Shown here in pieces: positions 39,044 to 51,800 of a stretch of 64,000 nt of DNA. The stretch is from contig CM120641.1 in the NCBI GenBank assembly GCA_051362555.1, positions 1,798,001-1,862,000 of the forward strand, in the 5' to 3' direction. The notes under the pieces are model-generated. The model searched no databases, was not told the origin of the DNA, and saw only the letters and a list, made by a program, of their open reading frames with translations. Positions within the stretch are counted from its first letter, which is position 1; the number at the start of each line of letters is the position of its first letter. This DNA comes from Lingula anatina. Taxonomy: Eukaryota > Animalia > Brachiopoda. The translations under genes and the position numbers were made by a program.

Positions 39044-42000
39044 TTACAGTTTGGAACTCTCGCCCTCTTGGTATTTGCTTTCATTGTCTCCTTGAGCCTC
39101 AAAGTCCATGTTGTCTTTGTCAATGTTTTCCTCCTCCTTGGGGATTTTCTTCAAGAATCGTGGCGCAGTTAGTGCAATGGCTGCCGCTCCGAGTGGTGCT
39201 GTTATGAGGATTGACAGGGCAGCAATTGTCAGTATCTTAAATAATAGAAAAGTGTATAATTTAGTCAAATAACTGTGAAATTATCAATAGCTTGTGTCCA
39301 TATTTAATTTCATGTCATATTTTCCTAATTTTTTTCAAAATTCTGTACCCAGTCAGAGTTACCGTATTCAAATTTTCACCCAGTAACTCAAGGCTTTTAG
39401 TTTTTAAGGGTAGGAAGCAATTTTTATCTAGCTTTTATCCCTTATCAGTAACTCTTTTTAAAACAAATACATAATTCATTTAGTATATTTAAAAAGTTTT
39501 ATTCAACAATGGCGCTATAACAGGGCAAAAGATTCCCGATTTTATATATTTGTATTTTATTGGTTTAATAAATTATTATCTTATCTTATATTTTGAAAGT
39601 GCCAGTGTGATAAATGTGCCAGTGTTGTGTACCTGTTTTCCTAGTGCTAGGACTTCTGGGCCAGCATTATAAGCCTTAGCTGTGTCATATGCTACAGGGC
39701 CAATGGCAGCCTTGAAATATAAATACAAGCAATCACAAATATGGACAAATAGGTGGAAAGTGGCAGTGGTTGAGAGAGTTTCACAGAAAATTACTTCTAA
39801 ATCAGAATTTATTTTCGATTTTTGATACACAAAACCACTAAAAATGGCAACCTTGAAATATAATTACAAGCAATCACAAATATGGACCAATAAGGCTGAC
39901 AGTGGAAGGTGGCAGTGGTTGAGCAAGAGTTTCACAGAAAATTACTTCTAAATCAAAATTTATTTTAGATTTTTGATACACAAAACCACTAAAATATTCT
40001 CTCTCACACAGGAAGAGCTTAATAAAAAACATACCTGAACAGAAGCTTTAGGAAACCAACTGATGGCCATGAAGATTTTTTCCTTCATATTCAAGTCTGT
40101 GCCAAATACTGTGAAAAATGAAACTACCAGCCGGAGAAATAGTCCAATGAACAGCACGGCCAAACCCATTCCTGGACAGAAATTTGTGTTAAAGTGAATA
40201 GATATAAAACTTAAATTAACCTAACCTAAATTAACGTTGTCCAATGAAGAAATTTTGAAATATGTGGTTGTCAATGCCTCAAGTGCATTTAAAAAAAAAA
40301 AACTTCAGTTGTGATTCATGGAGCGCTGTGGTAATAATAACATCTACAATCATAAAATATTTACAGTTTGACTTAAAACAAAATAGCAATGAAGTATATG
40401 TTCAATAAATGAAATATGTAAGACAAAAGAATATCATGAAGAAGCTGGTTATGAAGAAACCATTACCAATATTGCCTCCTTGTAAGTCTTCCACTTTCAC
40501 CTCTGCCCCCATCAGACCAAACAACAATGGCTGGAAGATGATCCAAAACTTGGCCATCACAGCGCCAACTGGGTTCTGCCAGATAAAGAAGATCATATTC
40601 AACACAAATAAGGTCATGCAACTACAATATTTAAAACAGTTCTTTTGGAAAAAAAAGTCTAAATGGAACTTAAACATCCAGCTAAATGTATGATTGATTT
40701 AAATAACGTACTTTTATCATGGGTTCAGGGTTTGAATGTCATCTCACTTATTATAGAGGAGAGGGTTGCCCACCTTTACTTCCTTAGCAATGTGTGATGT
40801 GAAAGTTACTGTTATTGTTCTTGTCATTGTGTTAGTTGTGAACGTTACCTTGTCATTGCTCCTGTCACTGTGTTAGTTGTGAACGTTACCTTGTCATTGC
40901 TCAAGTCATTGTGTTAGTTGTGAACGTTACCTTGTCATTGCTCCTGTCACTGTGTTAGTTGTGAACGTTACCTTGTCATTGCTCCTGTCACTGTGTTAGT
41001 TGTGAACGTTACCTTGTCATTGCTCAAGTCATTGTGTTAGTTGTGAACGTTACTTTGTCATTGCTCCTGCCATTGTGTTAGTTGTGAACGTTACCTTGTC
41101 ATTGCTCCTGTCATTGTGTTAGTTGTGAACGTTACCTTGTCATTGCTCCAACCTTGCCTTCTCCATCCCTGGGCAGCCACAAATGCAATGGCCAGACTTC
41201 CCAAAGCCCCTGCACCCGATAACTTGGCTGCTTTACTCCCAAAATACGCAAACAGTGAACCTCCAAACACCAGGAAAGTACGGAAGAAGACAATACTTTT
41301 CTATAAGAGAAGACAACATGATGGACATAAAATGATTATGGTATGACTCAATCTTTTCCAAAAGGAAAAAATTATCAATCTTTCTTTCTTAACAGATATT
41401 TTTGAAATCATTAAAAATTGTATTCTGTATAATCTAAAAATAAAGAACAGAAAGCTTTTCATTTTTTTGTTTTTATTAAAAATATGACTTTAAAAAAATC
41501 GGTAAATTCACAATTTTCCCTATTGAAAGGTCGAGTTATTACAGTAATAAAATCCTTAATTTTATAAAATGAAATGGATTATGTCACTGAGTTAAGGAAA
41601 ACTGGGGAAAACGATGTTTTTCTTTTTTTTTTAAAATACAATATAAAAAAATAATTATGTTGGATTTTTTGTGTAATAAAAAGGAAGGGGAATAAATAGA
41701 CACGGGAATCGTGACTAAGATTTAAACTCAATAATGTTAGATATAAGTCACAATGACATATACTTACACTGTGTCTATGTGGGACATACCACAACAAGAC
41801 CCCCAGGACGATACCATACACAACACCTAGCAGAGCCTCCAGGGGACCTCGGACTATTGTTAATGCCAACTCTCCTGTGTGGATATGGTATTAGACGTCA
41901 GATAATTATGACATTTTTTCAGACAAAGGCCTCATTCAAAATAGGGGACTAGTATGTCCGAAGGTCAAATATGACCGACCCACTTGAATACTTTTCCACG

Positions 42001-44606
42001 GGATATCTATTCAGCGTCTTTTGGCGGATTAGATAAGTGGGTCGCCATATTTGACCCTCGGACTAGTTGGTCCCCTATTCTGGATGGGGCCAAAGAAGAT
42101 GAGGAGCTGTTGAATTTATTGGACGTAGAGTTATAGGATATTTGGTTTTGATTTTTATGTACATCTCCCTTCTAAACACATCTTTTTTCTGGCGTTTTGT
42201 ATTTGTACAATTAGTAAAAATAAGTGCTTCGAAACCCGACACTTCACCTCATTGTCAGTATTGTTAAGTTTCATAATAAAGGGATAAATCAAGGGTAAAA
42301 AAAAATCATCAGAAGGATAAATGTCAGTGTATCAAATGGACATACCTGTGGAAAACGCAATACCCAGAAACACCCCGAAGGCGCTGATGGCGATAACAGC
42401 GTTGATACTACATGCGGCTATGGCAAGGGTTGGGATACCTTTATCTAGACCCAGTCTCTCCTCCTGCACGTGAAGCATACTCGGAACCACAACTGCTGGG
42501 GAAACAGCCGCCAATACAAAACTGAAATTTGATGGGTTTGTGAGATTTTTAATGTAATAAAGAACTGTGCAAAGCTGAATTGAACCCTTTTCAATTACAA
42601 CAACGTGAACTTGGTGTTATCAGAAGACCGGACAAGAACTACATCAGTACTTTTCTGAAACCTTTTTGGATAAGTTATCAAGTTTCTTTTATACATCATA
42701 ATTCCATTTTCTATCAGTGTAACTTATAAGTGAACTACCTGCCTAAGCATTGAATATTAAAGCATGCACAACATATAGAATACATACGCCAGCATAAAGC
42801 ACCAGTCCCAACCAAAATTTAGCAACCAGTGACTGGGTACAGCGACTGCGGCAGCTTCTACGAAGCAAGGTATGGCAGCAAACCGTATCACAACACAGGA
42901 CAGTCTTTTTAGTGCTACAGGATCCAGACCTATCCCAGCACGCACCAGAAGTACAACCAGTGCGGCAGACCTATGAGAAATATACAATATAATTTCAGTG
43001 CTACAGGATCCAGGCCTATCCCAGCACGCACCAGGAGTACAACCAGTGCGGCAGACCTATGAGAAATATACAATATAATTTAAGTGCTACAGGATCCAGG
43101 CCTATCCCAGCACGCACCAGGAGTACAACCAGTGCGGCAGACCTTTGAGAAATATACAATATAATTTCAGTGCCACAGGATCCAGGCCCATCCCAGCTCG
43201 CATCAGGAGTAAAACCAGTGCGACAGACCTATGAGGATGTACAAGAAAATTGTAAAACGGAAATTTGATGTGCAAGATCTAAAAAAATCGGTGAACAGTT
43301 AATATGACAAGAAAGGTTATTTGGCAATCAACGGTTTTATGTATGTACTTTTTTCAGAATTATCTTTCTTACTTTTTTGAAAATGTGTTTTTCTAGCTTC
43401 TTTTCCAAAAACAAATCTAATGTCTATAAATCTTTACCAATCCGTTTGTAATACAGGCACTTGGGAAGCAAAGTTTTAGTGTGGAGCAAAAAAAAAAAAA
43501 AAAAAAGCGATATAGAGGGGGATCTCCCTTGCGCCACTGTTTCCTGACCTGTGACTGACATGGTTGAGAAAAATTGGAACCAACGTCAATGCTAATGAAA
43601 TTAAATTACTTTTCATCTGTCTTAAATTACCTTTTTCTTTGTTGGCCATTTGTTTTTACATGTATAAATTGTGCAAATGTAATTCATTCAAATTCAGTCA
43701 CATACCTGAGAGATGATGCCCACGCTGGCTGAATATGTTTAGCAATGTCGATGTAAGGTATGTTACGTAGGCAGAAACCAATCACCAACATTCCTGTAAG
43801 ACCGAGATATACAACATGCATGAAATATGCAGGTATGAAATTTAAAAATATCCAGTAATAATATATGTAGACATACATTTGATGTAATACTGTGATGAAA
43901 TAGGCTACATATCTATAGATGTTCGTATCTTTCTTTTTAATACACAATGTGTCATAAGATATTACAGCATAATTATCTTATCATGGTAAACGTGCCCCAC
44001 CCAGCACGTCATTCCAAACGATGTTATTGCACGTCGCGTTTGTTAAAGGGACTGCCTTAGGTGTGACTTGTGATTGCGTCGGGTCGTAGACGCCTTTTCC
44101 ATGAAATGTGTCAGTTGTGAAAATTCCAAGTACCACGTGCCCCGTATACTTACCAAACAGCGGCGGTAGACGGCAGAGTTGGGACACATATCCACCGATC
44201 GTGCAGCAAATAAGCAGTACAAGTATGGAGAAAAAGTTGCCGCCAGGGAGCGCTTCCTTTCCAGTGACGGCCCATAGACATGCCCACAGCATCACCGCTG
44301 ACGTCACCAGAACCGCCATCTTGGCCACGAGGCCGTGGGGTGGGCAGAGAAAAGCGTGCTTCAACTTGTCCCCCCTTGAAGCCCCGGGGGGTAGGGGGTT
44401 GTGTTTAGCACTGCATGGGCGGCAAGTTCTGGCGCAGCTGGCAGAGAGCCTCGCACAGCAACCCCTAGAGGCGGGTGCCTCTCTGTCCTCCTCGGCTTCA
44501 TGGTGCTTGGTTCTGCTTTGACCATTGACAGTGAAGACTTCTCCCTCCTCTCCCGATTTCTGCCCAGAACAGAGGGTGGCCTTTTCATCTGTCTTCACGC
44601 GTTCCT
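39044..44606 (-). CDS. SLC9B2: SLC9B/NHA-family (CPA2) cation:proton antiporter homolog, 10 core exons; DD motif absent
   Basis: Exons (5' to 3') 44606-44154, 43793-43706, 42970-42788, 42521-42346, 41874-41768, 41300-41136, 40575-40467, 40171-40035, 39710-39633, 39235-39044, all GT-AG and phase-consistent. Motifs CPPHG, LPGGN, LPPLFGML, RAGIGLDP, AVSPAVVVP, FQPLLFGLMGAE, PKASVQAAIG, ILITAPLGA. The first listed exon starts in phase 1, so the ATG exon is further upstream. Confidence 0.9.
39703..39994. repeat. Two-copy tandem duplication (period 141) spanning an SLC9B acceptor
   Basis: atggcagccttgaaatat...aaaaccactaaaa repeated at 39703 and 39844. Confidence 0.8.
40823..41149. repeat. 41-bp minisatellite x8 spanning an SLC9B donor
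   Basis: Unit gtcattgtgttagttgtgaacgttaccttgtcattgctcct; gttac(c/t) recurs from 40844 to 41131 every 41 bp. Confidence 0.95.
41928..42091. mobile_element. Intronic MITE, Harbinger-like
   Basis: ~60-bp imperfect TIRs starting ggcc and ending ggcc; aaa on both sides. Confidence 0.65.
42911..43235. repeat. 86-bp tandem repeat x4 spanning an SLC9B acceptor
   Basis: Exon-start copies at 42970, 43056, 43142 and 43228. Confidence 0.95.
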
Positions 44607-45639
44607 CTGAAATAAGACTAATTTTGCTGCAATCTTATACATGTATCCCGTGCCCTCCTACATACATTGTAGGGTGTAGATAAGCTTCCACAGCAATAAT
44701 CAACAAGTTTGACTACTATCTAAGGAAGAAGGTAGACCTACCTATCTAAAGGACACTACTAACTGAGAAAGTACTGGGAAAAATATCGGTAGAACCACGT
44801 AAATTGAAAACACTATTTAAACAAACAAACAGAAATCAACGCAATTTAACAACCACTGTAATATTTACACAGAATAGGCCTATTTCTTGTTATATTTATC
44901 ACAGTCAGCGTATGTCATGAGCGACTCTTGTCTCCAGCCCAGACAGAACATGTCACATATGTTATCTTTTTTTAAGATAAAAATACACCGTGAAACCTCA
45001 TCATTATAAGGCTACAGTGTAGATCCGTTTATGCTGATTCAGGGCCTTGAACCTCGATGCAAGGCACTGAACTGGATTAGTCTATACTACAAAATAAATA
45101 CATTAACGCAGTTATTCATAATAGTCTTACATATAAAAAATTTATAAAATATTTTTCGCTGGATAGAATAATTTTTGCTTAAGAGTACGGTGACAAAATT
45201 TAAGTCGGTACATGTATTCCGTAACATTGTTATACCTTGTTTTGATGTAGCATTTTGCTAAATAACTTAAACGATAGGTTGCCCAATATTTGATAGAGAA
45301 TTTAATTTGTTAATTAGTAAATCATAAATATGCCTTTTTTTAAGATAACAACCTTACCCCAAATTTGCCGCTCGGCTTCAAAACATATTCGGACCTAGTA
45401 AAACTTTTGGCGTAAATGGCCTCGTTACGCAAAAGAGATAAAGATTCTACCTAGAATGACATAGCTGCGCTGCAGGAAAAAACGTTAGCTCAATTTAGTT
45501 TACACCCAAAAACGAATATTTTTGCTATGCATATGCTTCTATATTGAAAATATGTTCAACACACAGCACAACTTTTTCACAAGTGAAATCAAATTTAAAT
45601 GACTTGAATAGACGTATGTTGCCACTCTTGATTCCACAA

Positions 45640-45896
45640 GGTTCTGTCACACCTAGCAAAAAGCACTGACGGGTGTGAAATTGCCACCACAACACAAGAG
45701 CTCTTGTCGCTTACGTCTCAAGTACGCAGACAAACGTAGGTGTGCGTTCGCATAGAGGGAGATGACATGTTTTGAACGGGTTCAACAACAATGCCATACT
45801 CTGCTTATTCGCAGGAATAAAGGTGTATGTATGATCGATTTCAAACACGATACTTATATGTAGACCCCACCTCTTTACGCTGGGTGTGACAGAGCC
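45640..45896. mobile_element. MITE, Harbinger-like
   Basis: TIRs ggttctgtcacacctagc / gctgggtgtgacagagcc. Confidence 0.55.
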
Positions 45897-46926
45897 TTTA
45901 GATGTACTTGTAAACATATGTATCGGGCAACACTACAAGGTCATGGACAAGGACGATAGAGACACCATGTCTATGTCACACTTAGGTCAGGTTAACGGGT
46001 GGTGAGACACGGTCTGTTAAGTATTTTTTGCGCGCACTTTTTTTATGTTATCTTTTATTATTTTTTATATTGTTATTCATGTTGTTGAACCAAGAGAAAT
46101 GTCCTGGCATAAGGTTACAAATATTGCTTCTCGCCGAGCAAATTAAAATTTTTAAAGAGTTAGGGTGTTAATTGCATTTATAAATTGATTGCGCCACTAG
46201 ATAAATTTCTTGTCACAAAATTATGCACGTGTAAAAAACGGACAAATTTATGCATGACTAAAATAACCAATTACCAGTAAGTGATTTCATTCGCCTGCAT
46301 GGGCATAAGTGTTTTAATTTTCTCTGTGTCGTACTTATTTGATTTCGACCCCCAAATCAGGTTCAAAATATAGTTTCAACCTGTATTGTGTAGAAGTATG
46401 TCTTAATATAACCTTTGATTCAAAATAAATTTATTTTAATCCCAGATATAACTTGCCATATTTGTATTTTTGCAATGTCCGCCAGCAACTTAACATTAAG
46501 CTTGGACCCAGTAAATGTGGGAGAGAAAACCTACCTACGGTAAAATGTGATTTGAAGTGTAATGCATTCCTAGATTTCTGCTGTTCGTCAATGGAAAGTA
46601 AGGGTTTACATGTAATGCCAATTTCTTTTTCTCGATATGAAGTTTTGGTTCTATGTCCCCTGTTTTACTTTGATTCACAAAGCATCACTTAAAATATGGC
46701 ACTGCGATACCATAAATCGAAACAGACTGAGAAATTCGTCGTTTGACTTTTTCAAATGCAAAATGGTGTCGAATCTTAAGTAACAAATCGTGCATGTCCG
46801 TGTTTAGTTCTAATCTACACCAAATGTCAAACGGAAGACTTTCTGAATAGTCGCGATAACGTATAACATCGAGGGATTACCACTGAAGTACATTATATAA
46901 TGGTGATGAAGTATACCTGAGCATGT

Positions 46927-47170
46927 TTACCTCCGCCAAGGAGGTTATGTTTTCACCCCTGTTTGTCTGTCTGTCTGTTTGTTTGTTATCAACATAACTC
47001 AAAAAGTTATGGACCGATTTTGATGAAATTTTCTGGGTAGGTGGGAAATGGGTTCACTTAGAAGTGATTAGTTTTTGGCGGTGATCCGGATCAATAATCA
47101 ATCAATAATCAATAATAATAAAAAAACGCTGCCTTGGCGGAGGTCTGCGCTCTCGGAGTGCTTTTCTAGT
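46927..47170 (+). mobile_element. Short non-autonomous Helentron (HINE/DINE-1-like)
   Basis: subTIRs acctccgccaagg / ccttggcggaggt, (gtct)n microsatellite, 3' hairpin gcgctc-tcg-gagtgc, CTAGT end. Confidence 0.85.
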
Positions 47171-47456
47171 ACTGTTTGTAACTTTGTTGTCGCCACATAT
47201 ATAGTATAGCCTAGGGATTTGATGTTAACATCCCACCACACTTAAAACGAGCCCGCATCAACAACATCGACTTATAATGTCAAAGTTTTTAAGTATGATA
47301 GAATTCATAACGAAAATAAGTGAACACCTAACTATTTTAATTTGATTCGTAATTTCTAGATATTTGGAGAAATTGTCATTGAATTTCTTTTTGTATTTAG
47401 CGTGTTTTTATAACCTGTTTTGTGCATTAACTTTTTAATCAAAGCATTTCACTTAC

Positions 47457-47643
47457 TTGTCTTCTCCAATTTCTGCAACGCCTTTTCGAAGTGCTGTTTT
47501 TCTTTTTTACTAAAATCCCTGAGATGCTCGTCTGCTTTAACAAGTTTCATGTCATTAAGGACCCAAACACCCAGGTCATCAAAAAATTTCACCTTGTGGT
47601 CAAGTTGTGCGTCTTGCAGGAATTTTATCACAGAGTTATCCAT
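47457..47643 (-). CDS. Probable first coding exon of the SLC9B gene, encoding a SAM-like domain
   Basis: ATG at 47643 (aacATGg); 62 codons plus 1 nt ending at donor A|GTAAGT; phase 1 matches the acceptor at 44606; translation MDNSVIKFLQDAQLDHKVKFFDDLGVWVLNDMKLVKADEHLRDFSKKEKQHFEKALQKLEKT. Confidence 0.6.
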
Positions 47644-47744
47644 GTTGGGGTGTAAAGTGCAAATCCCCAGGGATGCGTCCTGAAGGCAGTGAGCGATGGG
47701 GAGGTGAAAACGCAATATGAGGTGGTTAAAAGCGGTTCTCCACT

Positions 47745-47752
47745 TTTTTATA
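47745..47752 (-). promoter_or_regulatory. Candidate TATA box
   Basis: TATAAAAA about 105 bp upstream of the ATG at 47643. Confidence 0.4.
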
Positions 47753-48778
47753 ACCTTGGATCATGCCTGCTCGGGTTACGCTATCATATGTGATTATCCG
47801 ATCACAGCTAACAAAGCGGGGTAGTGTCCCGTATGGGTAAAAAGTATAATGTTGCAAAATTGAAGTTATCAAGTTGTGTTATATTTATAACTGAATTAAT
47901 GACCCACGAAAAAAATACTTTTGTTGTCATTCTTGTATCGACATGCATACCTTATCCTTGGCTTTGGTGCTGTTACTTGAATACTGTCTGGAAGCCTATA
48001 TGTCATGTCTAATAGCGAAATGTTTTGAGCAGGTAAATACTCTTGTTTGCTGACATGCGTGTACAGAATTAACCTGATGCGTGTATGTCTGTACGTACTA
48101 TATGCAAGCTTGTTGATAAGAGGGCGGGGTTAGATTGGGGTGGAGAGAGAGAGAGAGAGAGACTGCTTTTTTCAGATCGAATTTTAGCCGTTGTACCATT
48201 TTTTATTTGATAGAGGTAATTTTGTCTGGGATTTGATTTTAATGCTTCAAAACGATCTAAATGGCACCCCGCCCCCTCACCCTGTCTGCAAGCTTGGGTC
48301 TCACTGTGCTGCCATAAATTCTACTAAGAAATAAATTATGTTATAAATATCTAAAGGCCAAATAAATGGATTTTTTGCTAAGAACTCTAGATAATAGGTA
48401 AAGTCCGCGGAGCCTTATTGGACATGGTTTTACCTTCATTCCTAAGACATCTGATCACTCTTGTCTTTTTAACATCATTCCACTGAACTTTAAATCCCGT
48501 AACTTCGTCTATAAGCCACAAAGCACTGTTATACTACACTGTCGCCGTCCATTGACCGATGTCCTTGAATATCCACTACATTAAAGATATATCAAGTTTT
48601 TAAAAAGAAACCTGTTGTCAGTTTAAATAATTACTGCCCGGTGTCCGATATCCGCGGGGGGCAGTAGGGCGGTCAGGTGAGAAAATGGGTCACTTTGGTT
48701 TTTGACAAGGATGAGGAAGGATCTTTTTCTCTCTTTAATTAAATTAATTTTTTTTATTCAATCATTGTTTGTTGTTTG

Positions 48779-48780
<2 letters not shown>

Positions 48781-48836
<56 letters not shown>
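48781..48836. repeat. (TTA)n microsatellite
   Basis: Direct reading. Confidence 0.95.
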
Positions 48837-48837
<1 letters not shown>

Positions 48838-51800
48838 AAATAAGGCAATGATATGCTGTGGGGTTCTATACGCCATACCAAATGATCGTTAAATTAAAAA
48901 CCGTTTTGACTGACCAGTGTGTAGAAAAAATAAAAACTGATATGGTTCAAAGTGGCGATGACATTCTACACTTGTCCGGGGCGTGCTCTCTGAGTTGTTT
49001 TCCTAGTTTATATATTAATCTAGTTCAAATGATTCAAGTACGCAAACACATGCATTTACAATGAGACACAAACTTATATGACGTTCATAAAGCAAACCTT
49101 AGTAAGCCAAACTCTATGGAGTAAACTAAAACTTAAAACCGGTCTTAATGCACACTAGTTTTAACTTAATGTGGTAATTCACTAGAAATGCTCGTTTCGT
49201 GTCTGTTCGTGAAAAGACACCCCCCCCCCCCCCCCAACACGTGCTTTTATGCAAGAAGCCAAAGCGTCATCCCCAGCATTCTCAAATCGGAAACAAAACT
49301 CTCCATACAGTAGGATTCTCACAAAGTCTACTGCACAAAGGTTTAACAGAGTCCATGTAGTTCTTTGATTTCACAAACCACTTAAAAAGGGCCACTTTTT
49401 GACTGATTAAAATTCAGATAACTGTTGCGTCTGGCAGCTCAACCACATAATAAAAGCGTCTGATTTCATGTATCATTGATATCGCCATGACATGGGCGCC
49501 ATGACAATGATGAATTGGCAACTCCATAGCTCACACATTTGATAATAACTAAAGACTTTTGTTCTTTTAGTTCACCTAAAGCAACAGACTGAGAGGCGGG
49601 GCAGTGAACATGGCGTTACTGACAATACCAGTGCGTCGTCACCGCCACATGTCAGCTTCTCTAAAGCAATGCAGTGCAGTACAGGAGGGTTCTTTTGGTG
49701 AGTCCGTTGATCTGAAAAATCTTGTTCTGGTCGCACCAATTTGACAAAAAATTATTCTAAGAACACGAAGACTCTTTTTTAAGATTATAAATCGTTGCGC
49801 AAGATAATATGTTGAACTGGTTTTGATTGAGTTTATGATGTGCCCCACCCCTTTCATATCATTTGTATTTTAGATCATTTTTTTCATAATTATATCTATC
49901 GTCTGAAACGATTTTCATGAACATCCTTTATAATATTCGTAAGCGATCTTTAATTTGGATGCTTTCTTAGGTTAAAATGTTTTAAATAAAGAATACCATT
50001 GGATAGTTAGCAACTGTAAAACTACATGTGTCAATCTCGACATCTACCTCATATATTATATATCCCCCGAACATTTCTAACGCAGCCTTCATAACAAAAA
50101 CCGTTAAAATCTAGGTTTACTTTACATTAAATGCATCCTTTGTCCTCAATCTTACCAGCCTAACCCGCACGATCTAGCGCCTGGCGCGAACTGTACACGA
50201 GACCCTGCATTAAACCGCACGCATCTTTAAACTAATAAATTGGGGACGAGAACAATCAAGCAGATATTATTTTCGCTGGCACCTTTCTTCCACCAGTTGT
50301 TGATATATGAGGATATTTGAGGCTACACTTCTCTTCTCCGTCCCAGTATGCATTTGGATATTGTGCTGCAAGTGGATTGGTACCACATACAAGCTCTTAC
50401 CACCCCCAGTCCCATTCTAATTTCTTAAGAGAGAGAGAATGAGAGAGATACAAATCATTTTATCCCCCATCCAGAATTTTTTCCACGAGAGAGAGAGAGT
50501 ATTATTGGTGGCCCCATGCCTAGGTGATGTTATCAAACGACCAAGCTCGTGTTTTTAGTTATATTTTAGTCCGAAACATACCCCAAGAACCATAACCAGC
50601 GCTGGCAGTAAGCCGGCCATTGTATCAAACTACCGAAAACGGTGAAAAAAACGGCATGGAATGCAACTGTAGAAACGGATACTTTAGAAAGACACACTAC
50701 TGGGATTCAAATTTCAAACTTCTGGCAAATTTCTTTGAAAAGTTCCAAGGTTCATTTATCAAATGCAAACACGTACCAAATAATCTCTTTCTTTGAAATG
50801 TGCCTTTACGTGATGTTGTATAGGTGACAACAAACTTGATGATGGCGTGACGCATGCAATAATAAACCTTCTCTTTCTTTGCCAGCGTAATCTATTTTAA
50901 TGATCAGGGTAAATAATTGCAGACCCTCCCTGAACAGGAAACGGAATTCTCACTGCTAAAACGCAGCATCCACAGTTGAAAGTCCTCTCAGAAATGCAAC
51001 TCTAATATTAGAACTTTTTTAGATCTTTGATTTCAAAGAAAATAACCCAACTGAAGGTTTGACTTTTGTGGAGCACAAAATATAACAATTTTACGTGCCG
51101 TTAACGTTAAAAAAACTTCTTTTGAATAACATTGGTTTACCGCTGATAGTGACAAAATTTTGCATCAACGTCCCTATCATTGCAGCACCTATTAAAGGAA
51201 TCTAGTAATCATCATCGTAATTTTTCCAAAGTAAAATGAAAAACTTACTACAAAACTACGCTACGCCGCCCACTTATTACCAAAGGAAAAAAAACAAATA
51301 GTGAAAAGTTTAAAGCAGTGCCCAACGAACTAAAGACCTACCGTCTACGTCATATTCAGTTTCTCTGCTCTCCACCGAGACGCTGGGGACGCTCCTGTAG
51401 GCCGCGCGCTCTGCTTTGGAAACCATGATTCGGTGGGTTCTTGCCTTCACTGCGCGTCCGTCTTACTAGAAGAACACCACCCACTGGCAAATCACGGCTT
51501 GAGAGTCCCTCGCGTGTGGCGCAGTATTGGCTTGGGTGACACAACAGTTCTTGGTGACATATGACAAAGCAAGTCACGCGCGAGATTAACTGCGTTTTTT
51601 CTCAAGGTTATGTTTTTGTTGAATGGGCACCTCATTGGAAGTATTGTGATCTAACAAATGGCGGTCTTCAGCAATGTATGTATTATGACTGATACAAACG
51701 CCCCCGTACCCTTTGTTTTTCTGCACTTTAACCCTAGGTATAGTGTGTGTGCGCGCATGTAGGTGTGCGTGTGTCAGTGTGCGTGCGTGTACGTGTTTTG

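Noticed and set aside
40823-41149. CRISPR-like appearance of short regular repeats, also 56380-57072 and the 146-bp arrays
   Set aside because: Units are head-to-tail with no unique spacers, no cas genes, and the context is eukaryotic
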